Source of the DNA: Octopus vulgaris
Taxonomy: Eukaryota
Direction of reading: 5' to 3'
Assembly (NCBI GenBank): GCA_951406725.2
Contig: OX597825.1
Span: forward strand, 80,786,001 to 80,850,000
Length of the DNA stretch: 64,000 nucleotides
Shown here: one piece after another, positions 24,976-38,856 of the stretch
Layout: each line of letters begins with the position of its first letter
Numbering within the stretch: the stretch's first letter is position 1
Position numbers and translations under genes: made by a program
Notes under the pieces: generated by a model
What the model saw: the letters and a program-made list of their open reading frames with translations, nothing else
Told to the model about the DNA's origin: nothing
Database searches by the model: none

Positions 24976-25410
24976 CAAATGTTACTAAATGTGACTAGGG
25001 TGTTAGGAAACACCTACGTTAGTAGGAATAAGAGTTAAACCACTCTACCCTAATCACATTTAGTGACATTTGTAATTCTCCTTTTTGGTGAAACATTGCA
25101 AACTGCTGTTTATACTAATTTTATATATACACATTAGCGAATCGCTAAATCATCAAATAATTTGGATGACGAAAACATAAAAACTAATGGCGAGGCGAGT
25201 CCTGAAATAGCCGAACAATCAAGCGGCCTTAACTGATGAAGCAAAGGAAACTGCCGAAACAGATGCGTCAGTATTAAGAATTCTTTTCGGCACTTTTCAG
25301 ACGATTATGGTCTCTGTTAGTGTATATGTTTTCACTCATGCGATTTAACTACAACAATAGAGCCTTTTAGCTCTTATTTCTAGCCATGTAGGTGTTTCCT
25401 AACTCCCTAG

Positions 25411-25415
<5 letters not shown>
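24976..25415 (+). mobile_element. element with inverted termini and internal hammerhead-like motif (Penelope-like remnant)
   Basis: TGTGACTAGGGTGTTAGGAAACACCTAC (24990) inverted at 25388-25415; CTGATGA-AGCA...TGCC-GAAAC...GTC at 25233-25269. Confidence 0.5.
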
Positions 25416-25470
<55 letters not shown>

Positions 25471-25813
25471 CCTTTCAGTTCGTTTTCAGGAAACGTTTTG
25501 AAAACGCGTATAAATATGTTTGTTCTATTATCCTGGTTACAGCTTGATAATAGTAACTGCCAATAACAGTTTTTTTGGGTGGTACAGAGCCGTGCCGATA
25601 TAACATAGCATAAATATAACAACAACAACAACAATAATAATCCATGGATGGAATTTATAAATATTTTAATGTATCACTATGCACATTTCTACAAATCACA
25701 TGTTTCTTAAGATCATAGTCCATATTCCTGGGATCACTACAATACAATCCGTACATCGGGTGGATCATATTGATGCGTTTATTTCTTCTTCGGGCGATAC
25801 ATACATACATACA

Positions 25814-25890
<77 letters not shown>

Positions 25891-25943
25891 CACATATATA
25901 TATACATATATATACATACATACATATACAATCACACTCATGT

Positions 25944-25974
<31 letters not shown>

Positions 25975-26663
25975 TGCATATAACTTAATAACCGGTGTTA
26001 GCTTGTTTACGTCCCCGTTATGTAGCACAAAAGAGGACGATAGAATAAGTATTGGAGTCGATTTGTTCGATTAAATCCGTTCAGTGTGGTGCTCCAGTAT
26101 GGCTGCAGTCCCATGACTTAAAGCAAATAAAAGATCAAAGAAACAAGGAAAACCCAAAAGAAATTATTTCGAGGCGCCATACACATGAAAACAACAACAA
26201 CAACAACAACAACAGCCAAATCGGTGTTGTTGCCATATTTATTGAAAGGAAAGACTTATGTGGAGTGGCGAAAGAGAATGTTTACGAATGACTAACGATT
26301 AACTTGCACGGTTCAATGTTTCTGTTTAGGCTTTAAAACGAGCTCAATTTGTTGACGTTTATTCCTCCACCTACGCACTCTGCATTCAACGACATTTGCT
26401 TTATCATTCATTAACGTTGTCAGCAGCGAAACCGATTCTCTTTTCAACAGTTTCATTATGACGCAAAAGCGAAAATATGCTTAACAAACGATAAAGCCAA
26501 AATGTCCTCTTACTTTTGCACGCATGTTAAAAAAAACATTCTTTCATCTCATTTAAATTCTATTAGCTATTGCGTATTTTTATATTTCTCATGTCATAAT
26601 AAAATTCCTTTCAAAGCAGATAGGTTTATATTCTAAGTAGGTTTATTACTCTAGTCAAATACA

Positions 26664-26930
26664 TATAAGGTGGTAACAAAACGTTCCCAGACTAGTTCTG
26701 TTTAGTAGATATCTATCTATCTTATTTACCTAAGTTTTAACGACATCTCCGTCGAAATACTCGCCTTGTGCAACAATACACTGGCCCCAGTGATTATGCT
26801 ATTTTTGGAATCCGACCGGGATGTCGTTTTCTGTAAGGGAGTCGAGGACCTTCTGCGAATCGCTGCGGATCTCGACAATGCTGTTAAAACGGCGATCTTT
26901 GAGCTGCATTTTCATCTTGGGGAAGAGATA
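26664..26930 (-). mobile_element. mariner transposase C-terminal remnant and right end
   Basis: Minus translation LFPKMKMQLKDRRFNSIVEIRSDSQKVLDSLTENDIPVGFQK*HNHWGQCIVAQGEYFDGD. Confidence 0.8.
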
Positions 26931-26992
26931 AAAGACACTTAGCAAACACATTCGTTCCCAGCTGTATACATAAAATTACTATGGACAGATGT

Positions 26993-27376
26993 GGAAGCAC
27001 TCCGTCGGTTACGACGACGAGGGTTCCGGTTGATCCGAATCAACGGAACAGACTGCTCGTGAAATTAACGTGTAAGTGGCTGAGCACTCCACAGACACGT
27101 GTACCCTTAACGTAGTTCTCGGGGATATTCAGCGTGACACAAAGAGTGACAAGGCTGGCCCTTTGAAATACAGGTACAACAGAAACAGGAAGTAAGAGTG
27201 AGAGAAAGTTGTGGTGAAAGAGTACAGCAGGGATCACCACCATCCCCTGCCGGAGCCTCATGGAGCTTTTAGGGGTTTTCGCTCAATAAACACTCACAAC
27301 GCCCGGTCTGGGAATCGAAACCGCGATCCTATGACCGCGAGTCCGCTGCCCTAACCACTGGGCCATTGCGCCTCCA
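26993..27376 (-). mobile_element. SINE family S1, full length
   Basis: Reverse complement of 3831-4210 with few changes. Confidence 0.9.
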
Positions 27377-27847
27377 CACAGAAGATGTAACCCTATTTCG
27401 ACTGCTATGTTCCCTAAGCTAAACACTGAGACTGAAGTTGGGATCGAGGCGGGAGTTAGACCCTATATATACACCACCCCATCATCTAAAAGTAGGATAA
27501 ATAGCTTCCCCCTCTATAGCGCTCCATTTTCACCGCCGATTATATAAACATTTCGTTATAAGAGTGTCAGTAAGCAGATACGAAAGCATACTTTCGCTGG
27601 TGAAGCCTAACTGGCACAAACGTTCCAGTTGTGACTCTTGTAGCTTAGCCAAACGATAGTGTTAGCTAATCTTCCACATTTGTTCCTCGGAGGCCTTCGT
27701 CGCTCAAGTTTGACAATCCTTCTTTTATATGTATGTATTGGCTTAGGCAAGATATTTTGAGGGCATCAGCTAATAATTCATGCGAATCGACTCTCATCTC
27801 TCCACGCCACCGATGTTTATTCAAGGAGAACGCCACCATTATTTCAT

Positions 27848-28060
27848 CGGCGAGCTGGCAGAAACGTTAGCACGCCGGGCGAAATGCTTAGCACTATTCC
27901 GTTTGCCTCTACGTTCTGAGTTCAAATTCCGCCGAGGTCGACTTTGCCTTTCATCCTTTCGGGGTCGATTAAATAAGTACCACTTACGCACTGGAGTCGA
28001 TCTAATCGACTGGCACCCTCCCCCCAAATTTCGGGCCTTGAGCCTAGAATAGAAAAGAAC
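27848..28060 (+). mobile_element. SINE family S3, full length
   Basis: GGCGAGCTGGCAGAAACGTTAGC...GAGTTCAAATTCC...GCCTTTCATCCTTTCGGGGTCG...AGAAAAGAA. Confidence 0.9.
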
Positions 28061-28302
28061 ATTTGAATCTTCTGTGGTTTATTTAAAATGTGAAAACATT
28101 GAGAATACTTGCAGCCATATTTTTATTATCTTGAAAGGCCGCTGTTGACCAATAAGAACTATGTTCAAAGGCAAACTGTCTTTGACCGTTCTAACTTATT
28201 TGTAGATAGAGGTCGTTCTACAGGTTATACCTTATTTTGATTTTTAACATCGGTACAAAGATACATATTTTCAGAAAAGGATATAATTAAACTCACTCAC
28301 CG

Positions 28303-28459
28303 ATAAAATTTCCACTTTTTTCTTATTTTTATTTCCCTAAAATTTTCGTTGCGTCTTGCAAACCTTTTCAGTAATTTTGAGTCAAAAACTATTGAAAAGG
28401 TTGCAAGGCGCAACGAACATTTTAGGTGAATAAAAATAAGAAAAAAGTGGAAATTTTAT
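28303..28459. repeat. ~157-bp imperfect palindrome, each arm with a minimal hammerhead-like motif
   Basis: ATAAAATTTCCACTTTTTTCTTATTTTTATT...AATAAAAATAAGAAAAAAGTGGAAATTTTAT; motifs at 28337-28374 (-) and 28389-28425 (+). Confidence 0.85.
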
Positions 28460-28902
28460 AGTGTGTTACATTGCAAGGCACAAAAAGAAAATGACTCTCC
28501 CCAGACACAACAGAATATGCTTCAACACAAGAACTCATATAAAGAACCTTGCAAACCAAATCCCAAAACGAGATATAATTAAATAAATCACAGAGTGATT
28601 TAATCGGTGGAGCATCATAAAACATGCCATGTGGTAGTTTAGTAATGTCTTATTATGCTCTAGATTGTGTTCAAATCTGGGTGAGGTCGATGTTTGCGTT
28701 TCCCCTTTTATGGGTCAATAAGACAAGCCCTTGGAGCTAAAAGAGCAACATCTCTCTCTCTTTCTCAAATCTTTTGTTAAATTCTTCTGTTAAAAAACAA
28801 GTTTAACTTCTTCCAGGACAGACAAGGTTTTTATGTGAGAAATATTTTCATGCTTTGCTTTACCAGTTTGATTTCAATAAAGTTATTTTTTTATATCTAG
28901 AC

Positions 28903-29455
28903 CTGTGCGTGTGTGCATGTGTGTATGTGTGTATGTGTGTGTGCGTGTGTATGTGTATGTGGTGTGTGTGTGTATGTGTGTTGAATGTTTGTGTGTTTGT
29001 GTGTGTGTGCGTGCGTATGTGTATGTGGTGTGTGTGTGTATGTGTGTTGAATGTTTGTGTGTTTGTGTGTGTGTGCGTGCGTATGTGTATGCAGTGTGTG
29101 TTCGTGTGTATGTGTGTGGAGTGTTTGTGCGTGTGTATGTGTGTGGTGTGTTTGTGTGTTTGCGCGTGTGTGTGTGAATGTGGTGTGTGTGCGTGTGCAT
29201 GTGTGTGGTGTGTGTATGTGTGTGGTGTGTTTGTGTGTGCGTGTGTATGTGTGTGGTGTGTGTATGTGTGGTGTGTTTGTGTGTGTGTGCATGTATGTGT
29301 ATGTGGTGTGTGTGCGTGCGTATGTGTAGTGTGCGAGTATGTGTTTGTGTGTGTGTATGTGTATGTGGTGTGTGTGCGTGTGTATGTCTGTGGTGTGTGG
29401 TGTGCTTGTGTGTGCGTGTGTTTGTGTGTGCGTGTGTTTGTGTGTGTGTGTGTGG
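28903..29455. repeat. degenerate (TG)n tract with internal ~66-bp duplication
   Basis: Visible directly; GTGTTGAATGTTTG recurs at ~28978 and ~29044. Confidence 0.9.
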
Positions 29456-29950
29456 GCACGCGTTTGTCGGTGTTTCTGAGTGGGAGAGAGAGAGAGAGAG
29501 ACAAAGAAAGGAAGGAGTGATTGTCTTTATGCGTGTGAGCATATCTCTATGTGTGTGTGTGTGTGTTGTAACTGAGAGAGCGGAAGAGAGATGGGTGAGA
29601 GAGAAAGGGAGAGGAAGGGAGTAAATGTGGGAGGAAAAGGAAATGGGAAGAGGAAAAATGAGTGAGAGAGAGAGAGAGGGATTGGGAGGGTGTAAGGGTG
29701 GGGCGAAAGGGATAGGAATTGTTTATAAGTGCGCGGGCGAGGGTGTGGGTGTACAGGGGAAGAAAGAGAAAGAAAAAGAGAGGGAGAGAAAGAGGCAGAG
29801 AGAGGGAGAGAGAGAGTGATTATGCATATGCGTGTGTTCGTATCTGTGTGTGCATGGGTGTCAGTGTATAAATGAATGTGAGTTTGTGTGTGTGTATATA
29901 TGTGTGTGACTGTGTATGCGTGTGTGAGAGCGAGAGGGAGACAGAGAGAA

Positions 29951-29999
<49 letters not shown>

Positions 30000-30094
30000 G
30001 GGGAGAAAGACAGACGGAGAGAGAAAGGAGGAGAAGGAGAGAAAGAGTAAAGGAGAGAGAGAAGGGGGAGAGAGAGAAGGGAGAGAGAGAGAAG

Positions 30095-30131
<37 letters not shown>

Positions 30132-30334
30132 GGAGAGAGATGGGTCGAATAGAAAGAGTTATGAGGTCGCCTCATCGTTTGCTATGAAACCAAAGCTGAT
30201 GAAGCGGGACATGAAGAGGTCGAAAGGTTTTCCGTCCCCTAACTAGAGCGAAAAACCCCCCAAAAACTAGTGAGGCGCTCCACACAGCATGGGCGGCCCT
30301 TTCTCTCACGATAAAGATAATATATATATTAAAG

Positions 30335-30387
<53 letters not shown>

Positions 30388-30394
<7 letters not shown>

Positions 30395-30960
30395 TGGGGA
30401 TTCTGCCATCTTCCATACGGCTAACATGTCCAAGCCATCTCATACGTCTTTGTGTGAGGAGTGCAAACATGCTTGGTATTCCTGCTTGCTTGAGGACATC
30501 TTTGTTGGGGACATGATTCTGCCATTTGATGCGAAGGATTTTACGGAGGCAGCGCAGGTGAAAGATATTTAGGCGACGCTCTTGGCTTGTGTATGGCGTC
30601 CAAGTCTCACTTCCATACAGTAGAGTGCTAAGTACACATGCCTGGTAAATCTTCATTTTTGTGGTCTTGGTCAGCTTATTGTTGTCCCATGCCCGTTTGG
30701 AGAGTTGGACCATCACAGCAGCTGCCTTGCCAATGCGTATATTGAGCTCGGCATCAAAGGATAGCTTGTAGGTGATGGTAGAGCCAAGATAGCTAAACCT
30801 CTCCACCTCCTGTAGTCTGTGGTCTCCAATATGTATGTTTGGGATGTCCGATATAGCCTGACACATGATGTTGGTCTTCTTGAGGCTAATAACTAAGCCA
30901 AAGTTACAACATGCTTGCTCAAAACGGTTGATGAGCCTTTGCATGGCTTCTTCAGTGTGC
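30388..30960 (-). pseudogene. RTE-clade LINE, RT C-terminal/thumb region (inverted 5' part of the insertion)
   Basis: FGLVISLKKT, VERFSYLGSTI, RIGKA, VLSTLLYGSETW, FHLRCLRKILRIKW, RRMRWLGHVSRMEDGRIPK. Confidence 0.92.
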
Positions 30961-31322
30961 TAGGGGCACTAGGTCTGTGGAAAGACCGTTCTTACGATAC
31001 AAGGATGTTTGCGAAAGGGACATGAAGGCCTGCGGCATCAATATTAGCAACTGAGAAGCAGTTGCCAGGAACCGTGGAGATTGGCGACGGACCGTAAAAG
31101 AGGGAACACAAAGGAGTGACAGAGAGAGAGAGAGAGGAGAAATGGAAAGACAAGAAAAGACGTCAACAAGAAAGTATGACACTACAACCAGCCAGGCAAA
31201 GTCTTCGCTACATTTGCGGCACCTGCCAGAGGGAGTGTTTGTCCAGGATAGGACTACACAGCCACAGCAGGAGATGTATTAGGACTAGATTATTTTATGT
31301 GCAACTCCATTGTCTCTCGACA
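30961..31322 (+). pseudogene. RTE-clade LINE, extreme C-terminus and 3' end
   Basis: GTRSVERPFLRYKDVCERDMKACGI...W..TVKEG...CGTCQRECLSRIGLHSHSRRC (C2H2), then CCATTGTCTCTCGA tail. Confidence 0.88.
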
Positions 31323-31464
31323 TTTACACTTTGCTCTCCGTCTTCACTGCGCACATTCTCTTCTCACTGGACACATCGTTGGTGAAGTGTTATTTCTATC
31401 TTCTACTTTCCTCTTTATCGCTTTTATTTCTATGTCTGTTAACCACCCTTTTGCTTTTACTACT

Positions 31465-31589
31465 CTTGCCAACCACATGATTCCGCGTTCAATCCCACTA
31501 CATGCCACCTTGAGCAAGTGTCTTCTACTATAGCCTTGGGCCGACCAAATCCTTGAGTGGATTTGGTAGACGGAAACTGAAAGGAAGCC

Positions 31590-31684
<95 letters not shown>

Positions 31685-31870
31685 TCCTCCCCACCATCGC
31701 TTGACAACTGATGCTGGTGAGTTTACATCCCCGTAACCTAGCGGTTCGGCAAAAGATACCGATAGAATAAGTACTAGGCTTACAAAGAATAAGTCCTAGG
31801 TTCGATTTGTCCGACTGAAGGCGGTGCTCCAGCATAGCCGCAGTCAAATGGCTGAAACAAATAAAAAGAA
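31465..31870 (+). mobile_element. SINE family S2
   Basis: Head, internal microsatellite and tail all present. Confidence 0.85.
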
Positions 31871-32430
31871 AGCCAAAAGAAAATTACAGATGAGTATTAC
31901 ATTCCAAGGGAAGTAACTTCTGCATAACAATAATTGTCATCTCACAGTAGCGTCCCTTTGTTCAGTCGCCCTAATTTTATGATGCAACCGGGTTTTATGC
32001 TATTTTAGCTTTATTTAATATTCGTTTTGTGCGGCTTATTGCAAGAAAGTCAGCATTCTTGACTGATTGAAAGGAAAGAAATTATTCTCAGACTGGAGAC
32101 GAGGCCCGACTACTTACTACGGGCGTCAAACTTGTTGATGGATGAAGTGAAGTACCCAAAAGTCATGTAGGGTGTTACGAGTTTTGTTTGAAGATAACAT
32201 TTTAGAACCTTAATAACAAATTAAGGTTGCATTCGTTTACTAATTGCGACATCAATTAAAAGAAAAGGAACTTACATAATGTGGTTGTTTCTCGTTTTCT
32301 CCTCTATTTATTTTTTATTTTGCTTAGTTTTCATACAAGACTCTTCTCAAATTACGCCATGTTTCTCTTTATTTACATTATTTACATTATTTACATTTGA
32401 CAGATATTTGTCCTTATCTTGTTTGTTGTT

Positions 32431-32476
32431 AACATAACGTTTCGGCTGATTTACCCTCCAGCCTTCATCAGGTGTC
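32431..32476 (-). ncRNA. minimal hammerhead ribozyme motif in a short dispersed repeat
   Basis: Minus strand ACAC-CTGATGA-A-GGCTG gagggtaaat CAGCC-GAAA-CG-TT; same family as 46808. Confidence 0.75.
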
Positions 32477-32567
32477 TTGGGGAAATTTCGAACTTGGGCT
32501 CTCATTCCTAAGGTATTTTTCGATGTTATTATTATTATTATTGTTGTTGTTGTTGTTATTATTATTA

Positions 32568-32795
32568 TTGAGTGAGAGAGCAGTGCATGCCATTAAAAGT
32601 GACGCTGGGGTAAAATATACGAAGCCCAGAATACCCACCATGACTACCCGTCTGGTACACTAGGCACATGCCTCACAACCATATGTGCGCAACATGGTGA
32701 TCTCATATCAAGATAAACAGCACATGACCTTGCAGGTGGGGCCCAGTTAAAATATTCTTCAGGTCGAGTAGCTTCAGGTCCCGCTCAAAAGGTCC
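32568..32795 (-). mobile_element. 5'-truncated copy of the (AAT)n-associated retroposon
   Basis: Homologous to ~12360-12590. Confidence 0.8.
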
Positions 32796-32929
32796 CTTCG
32801 TTTTTCATCACTTCGGGGTCGATAAATTAAGTACCAGTTGCGTACTGGGGTCGGTCTAATCGACTGGCCCCTTGCTCCAAAATTTCGAGCCTTGTGCCTA
32901 GAAAAAGAATATTCGAGTTAATTCGTTCC

Positions 32930-33002
32930 CGGAGAACTCTCGTAAAGCGAAAACTCGTAAAAATTCGTAAAGCGAATTCTCGTAAAGCGAGGTATTACTG
33001 TA
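32930..33002 (-). mobile_element. pogo/Tigger-like MITE end
   Basis: Minus strand TA-CAGTAATACCTCGCTTTACG with repeated TCGTAAAGCG subterminal motifs. Confidence 0.6.
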
Positions 33003-33352
33003 TATAGAAGTTGTATCTACAATTACCATCGCTAGCGACAGTATTCCAGCCGGACGAAACCTTTGTCCAGACTCCAGCTTATCAGGATTTCTAGAAGATT
33101 CTTATAGGTCCCAGAAGGAAATGCACAACTGACCGCGCTGAAGGTCAGCGAATATTCTATGGCACGTGACCAGTATCAGTCGCCGTGTTCAGTCGTCCCA
33201 ACGGAATAAATCTGTTTTCGTTGTTTTTGGTGGAATTATTTAAGAACTGAATTGGCCCAAAGCGTTTGAGTTCCAATTAGGAAAATATTCAATCAGTGGA
33301 GCGTAAACAGAGCAATCTGAACACGCATCAGCGACGCGAAAAATAATCTACT

Positions 33353-33396
<44 letters not shown>

Positions 33397-33590
33397 GCAC
33401 ACACACATGTGTATGTATATTATATGCATATATATATATATATATCTATCTATCTTCACACGTGTATATACATACATACACACATACATACATTATGAAT
33501 ACTACCGGATTACTGGAATCCATATATTGCGACTTAAAATTATACATACACACACACAGACACACAGAGACAGACTGACACACATACATA

Positions 33591-34271
<681 letters not shown>

Positions 34272-34290
34272 TATATATATATATATATGT

Positions 34291-34450
34291 ATTGGCCTGC
34301 TCGCTTAGCCTGCTCGTATTGTACGTATTGGCCTGCTCGCTTAGCCAGCGGGGTGGCGTCATTTGAAGGCTTAAAAACAATGCGAAGCGCATTGTGACCA
34401 GCGATGTGTAGCAACATCTGATTGCCTGGTCGGTCACTGTGATCACGGTG
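34291..34450 (-). mobile_element. short (TA)n-embedded element, family of 18028-18138
   Basis: TTGGCCTGCTCGCTTAGCC (locally duplicated)...GCGAAGCGCATTGTGACCAGCGATGTGTAGCAACAT. Confidence 0.65.
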
Positions 34451-34535
34451 ATATATATGTATATATATACATAAATACATACATACACACACACATACAC
34501 ACAAACACACGCACACACAAACACACGAACATATA

Positions 34536-35049
34536 TCTATATATATAAAACTGTAGTTGTGTGAGTGTCTGTCCCCTTCGATTTAGATTCCTAACTACTC
34601 CTAACTATTTGCGATGCAGTTTAACCAAATTCGGGTATCTTATAGTCGTGATTCATATCGAGCCCGTCTGAGTATTAGCGCGCGTCTACGATGAGTCTAC
34701 GATTTTAAAAATAATTTAACATCATTTTTTATTCCATTTTAATGCATAATTTTTCGTGTGTCGATGGCGGCGGAGTTGGCGTCCATGGTCACACCTGCAC
34801 CTGTTTGCTTCTCCCCCTTCTTCCCTCCCTCGTGAAGCTGTGGGGAAGGGAGTGTAAGGAAATCAACGTCGTAAAGCGTTGTCAAGGAGACCAGCGTTCT
34901 TTTAGAACAACGACTTCATGGCTTGAAGACACCAAAACAGAAATGGCTAAGAAAGCCCGAATTGGCATCTATAAGGGAATTAACTCTCTAAAAATGCTTA
35001 TATAGTTATTTCCCTTACAAACTCGAGCAACGCCGGGCGATACTGCTAG
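34536..35049 (+). mobile_element. non-autonomous Helitron, subtype A
   Basis: TC...hairpin...CTAG; near-identical to 33766. Confidence 0.9.
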
Positions 35050-35443
35050 TCTTTATATATAAAAGAGAAGTTGTGTGTCTGTCTCCAACGATTTAGATTC
35101 CTAACTACTCCCACATTTTGCGGTGCAGTTTAACCAAAACCGGGTATCTTATAGTCGTGATTTATATCGAGCCCTTCTGGGTATTAGCGCGCGTCTACGA
35201 TGAGTCTACGATTTTAAAAATAATTTACCATCATTTTTTTCCATTTTAATGCATTTTTCGCTATTATATAAGGGAAGTAACTCTCTAAAAATGTCTACGA
35301 TGAGTCAACGATTTAAAAAAAATTTACCATAATATTTTTTCCATTTTTAATGCATTTTTTTGCTATTTTTTGGTTATAACTCTCTAAAAATGCTTTATAG
35401 TTATTTCCCTTACAAACCCGAGCAACGCCGGGCGATACTGCTA

Positions 35444-35444
<1 letters not shown>
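35050..35444 (+). mobile_element. non-autonomous Helitron, subtype B, abutting the preceding copy
   Basis: CTAG|TCTTTATATATAAAAGAG junction; near-identical to 17057. Confidence 0.9.
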
Positions 35445-35487
<43 letters not shown>

Positions 35488-35504
35488 TTTTGTATATATA
35501 TATA

Positions 35505-35920
35505 TATATACTCTTTTTACTCTTTTTACTTGTTTCAGTCATTTGACTGCGGCCATGCTGGAGCACCGCCTTTAGTCGAGCAAATCGACCCCGGGACTTA
35601 TTCTTTGTAAGCCCAGTACTTATTCTATCGGTTTCTTTTGCCGAACCGCTAAGTGACGGGGACGTAAACACACCAGCATCGGTTGTCAAGCAATGCTAGG
35701 GGAACAAACACAAACACACAAACATATTCACACACACTTATATATATATACATACATATATACGACAGGCTTCTTTCAGTTTCCGTCTACCAAATCCACT
35801 CACAAGGCATTGGTCGGCCCGGGGCTATAGTAGATGACACTTACCTATGATGGCACGCAGTGGGACTGAACCCGGAACCATATGGTTGTGAAGCAAACAT
35901 CTTACCACGCAGCCACGTCT
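35505..35920 (-). mobile_element. SINE family S2
   Basis: Tail, microsatellite and head on the minus strand. Confidence 0.85.
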
Positions 35921-36594
35921 GCATTTATATATATGTGTGTGTGTATGCGTGTGCGCATGCGCGTGTGATCTTTTATTATATCTCTGTCTGTCCTTTCTTT
36001 CCTTCTCTCTCTCTCTTCACCCCCTCTCTCTGTTTCTTTCTCTACACACAAGTATACATCTTCATCTCAAGTCTGTGTTATCTTAGTTGAGCCAGCAATA
36101 TCAGACCCCGATCTCTCTCAGACTGGAAAAATAATAAGTTCGCCTCAGTGAGCCGGAATTGTGTTTGCTCTTTTAGTTTCTGTAATAAAGTCTGCGAGGG
36201 TTTTCGCTTTTTGCGATAGTGATTGCTGCCAATGCATTTCCTATCCTGATTACCATAACATTATGCGCCGCATTAAACATGGCGCTTTGAAACTGATTGT
36301 GACTAAAGATTAAAACTGATTGTGACTAAAGATTAAAACTGTTGCCAGTCTTTTACCGAAAGAAGACAATTAAGTAAGAAAGCGAAACATTTTCCTCGTG
36401 GATTAGGACGGAGCTGTCGGAGCTAAATGTGGTCATTCGTTTTGCTAGAAATAGGAGTCAAATGTGTCTCACTGTGCGCTGTTGCGTGGACACATTTAAG
36501 GAGAATTTCGTTTGGGAAACGCATTGTCTAAGGTGATGGTCACCGCTGGAATGCCTTTGATTATATGTCTGCAATATCTACTCTATAATATGCA

Positions 36595-36840
36595 ACAGGA
36601 GAAAAGAAAAAAGATGAAGACGAAGAAGAGGAAAAAGAAGGAGATGAAGAAGAAGAAGAAGAAGAAGAAGAAGAAGAAGAGAGGAAGACGAAGAAGAGGA
36701 TGAAGACGAAGAAGGGGATGAAGACGAAGAAGAGAATGAAGAAGAAGAAGAAGAAGAAGAAGAAGAAGAAGAAGACGAAGAAGAAGAAGAAGAAGAAGAA
36801 GAAGAAGAAGAAGAAGAAGAAGAAGAAGAAGAAGAAGGAG
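36595..36840. repeat. (GAA)n microsatellite
   Basis: Visible directly. Confidence 0.95.
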
Positions 36841-36859
36841 GTCCATTCTTATTTTTGGA

Positions 36860-37150
36860 GAAGCGAATTATTTCGAGGTTTCTACGCAAATCAGTCGTTT
36901 CACAGCCCGGTGCTCATACGACAAGAGAACCGAATGAAAATCTTTAGCCTGGATATAAGAACTGTAAGCTTCGCTTCAGTTCTCCATAGATGTTCTCCTT
37001 TTCACTAATTTCTGAAGAGACCCTCACATCTGCTGGGTTGTCGGCCTCTCTACAACGATGCACAACTTTTGCTTTTGGTCCAATACAAATATATTTGACC
37101 TATTGTGGTTACATGAGGTTGCCGTCTTTTTAATGTTCCATCAATATTCC
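36860..37150 (-). pseudogene. R4/Dong-like LINE restriction-like endonuclease remnant
   Basis: Minus translation WNIKKTATSCNHNRSNIFVLDQKQKLCIVVE.../PADVRVSSEISEKENIYGELKRSLQFLYPG*RFSFGSLVV*APG. Confidence 0.7.
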
Positions 37151-37505
37151 TTGTTTTATGCATGTATGTATATTTATATAACTGCATACAACAAAAATTA
37201 ATTCGTTAAGTTATTTTCGTAAGAATCTGAAATATCGGTGGAATACTCGGCTAAGACTTGATGAATTATGTTAGAGCAAAGTCAATAAAAATAATTAGTT
37301 GTTTGAACAGGATTTATGAAAACACTTGAGCATTATTTAATCAATAAAAAGAGTTTCAGTTTACTTCGATATTAGATTGGGTTTGCGCTATCGTCCAGAT
37401 ACCTAAATAACTGAAATGTTTATGTAACGAAATTCAATGTCCTGAAATAAAATAAATCAAATTTGTGTGGCATATATATATATATGTGTATGTGTGTATG
37501 TTGTG

Positions 37506-37550
<45 letters not shown>

Positions 37551-37654
37551 GCACACAAACTTGAAGGTCTGCAAATCTAACGGAGGCCTCAAGAGACATT
37601 TTAGAATGTGTGTGCGTATATATATATACATATTCGTATATACACACACACACA

Positions 37655-37725
<71 letters not shown>

Positions 37726-38471
37726 ATATATATATACACCCCCCCACACACACATATATACGCACACACAGTATGGTGGCGGCGAGCTAGCACAATCGTT
37801 AGCTCGCTGGTTAAAATACTTTGCTGTATTCGGTGCGTTTTTGCGTTCTGTGTTCAAATTTAGTCGTGATCGATTGTGCTTTTCATCCTTTCGGGGTCGA
37901 TAAAATAAGTACCAGTAGAACACTGGGGTCGATGCAATCGACATATTCCTTCCTTCGAAGTTACTGGCTTTGTACCAAAATTTGAAATTAATATATACCT
38001 AAGCAGTTGACAAACAAATTGCTGTGGTTTTCATCTGAGATAAAATTCTCTCACGGACGTGCTGTGCTTAAAACACAAGATATATACATCGGAGGTAGAC
38101 GAAAAATCGTGCAATTTAACAAACAAAAATTTGAAAAGCAAATTTGCACATTTGATCCTCACCGATCTTTATGATTGATAAAATAATTAGTTCCAATAGA
38201 CACATATAGAACTTAAGAAACGAAGTCATTGCTATTCCACTAGAATTTTCTCTTGTTGGTGTCTTTTATTCGTCAGATGAGATTGCTAACTTCTGATGTC
38301 AAAATGCAATTCCTTGTCTACTTAATCATGTTCTGCCGATATTTTAAAACTTTGGTTCACTTGCCTTGAAATAATTATTTACCATTTTACGGTTTTATGG
38401 AATTTTTTCCTTGTGAAAGACCGTCAATTTCTACAAGTTTTACTCAGTCTTTCATAACTCATTATGATGTA

Positions 38472-38760
<289 letters not shown>

Positions 38761-38809
38761 TTTATACACATACATACATATGCGTGTGTGTGTATGTTCA
38801 GAAATATGC

Positions 38810-38856
<47 letters not shown>

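Noticed and set aside
30195-30230. CTGATGA...GAAA as a hammerhead
   Set aside because: No convincing stem I, II or III pairing
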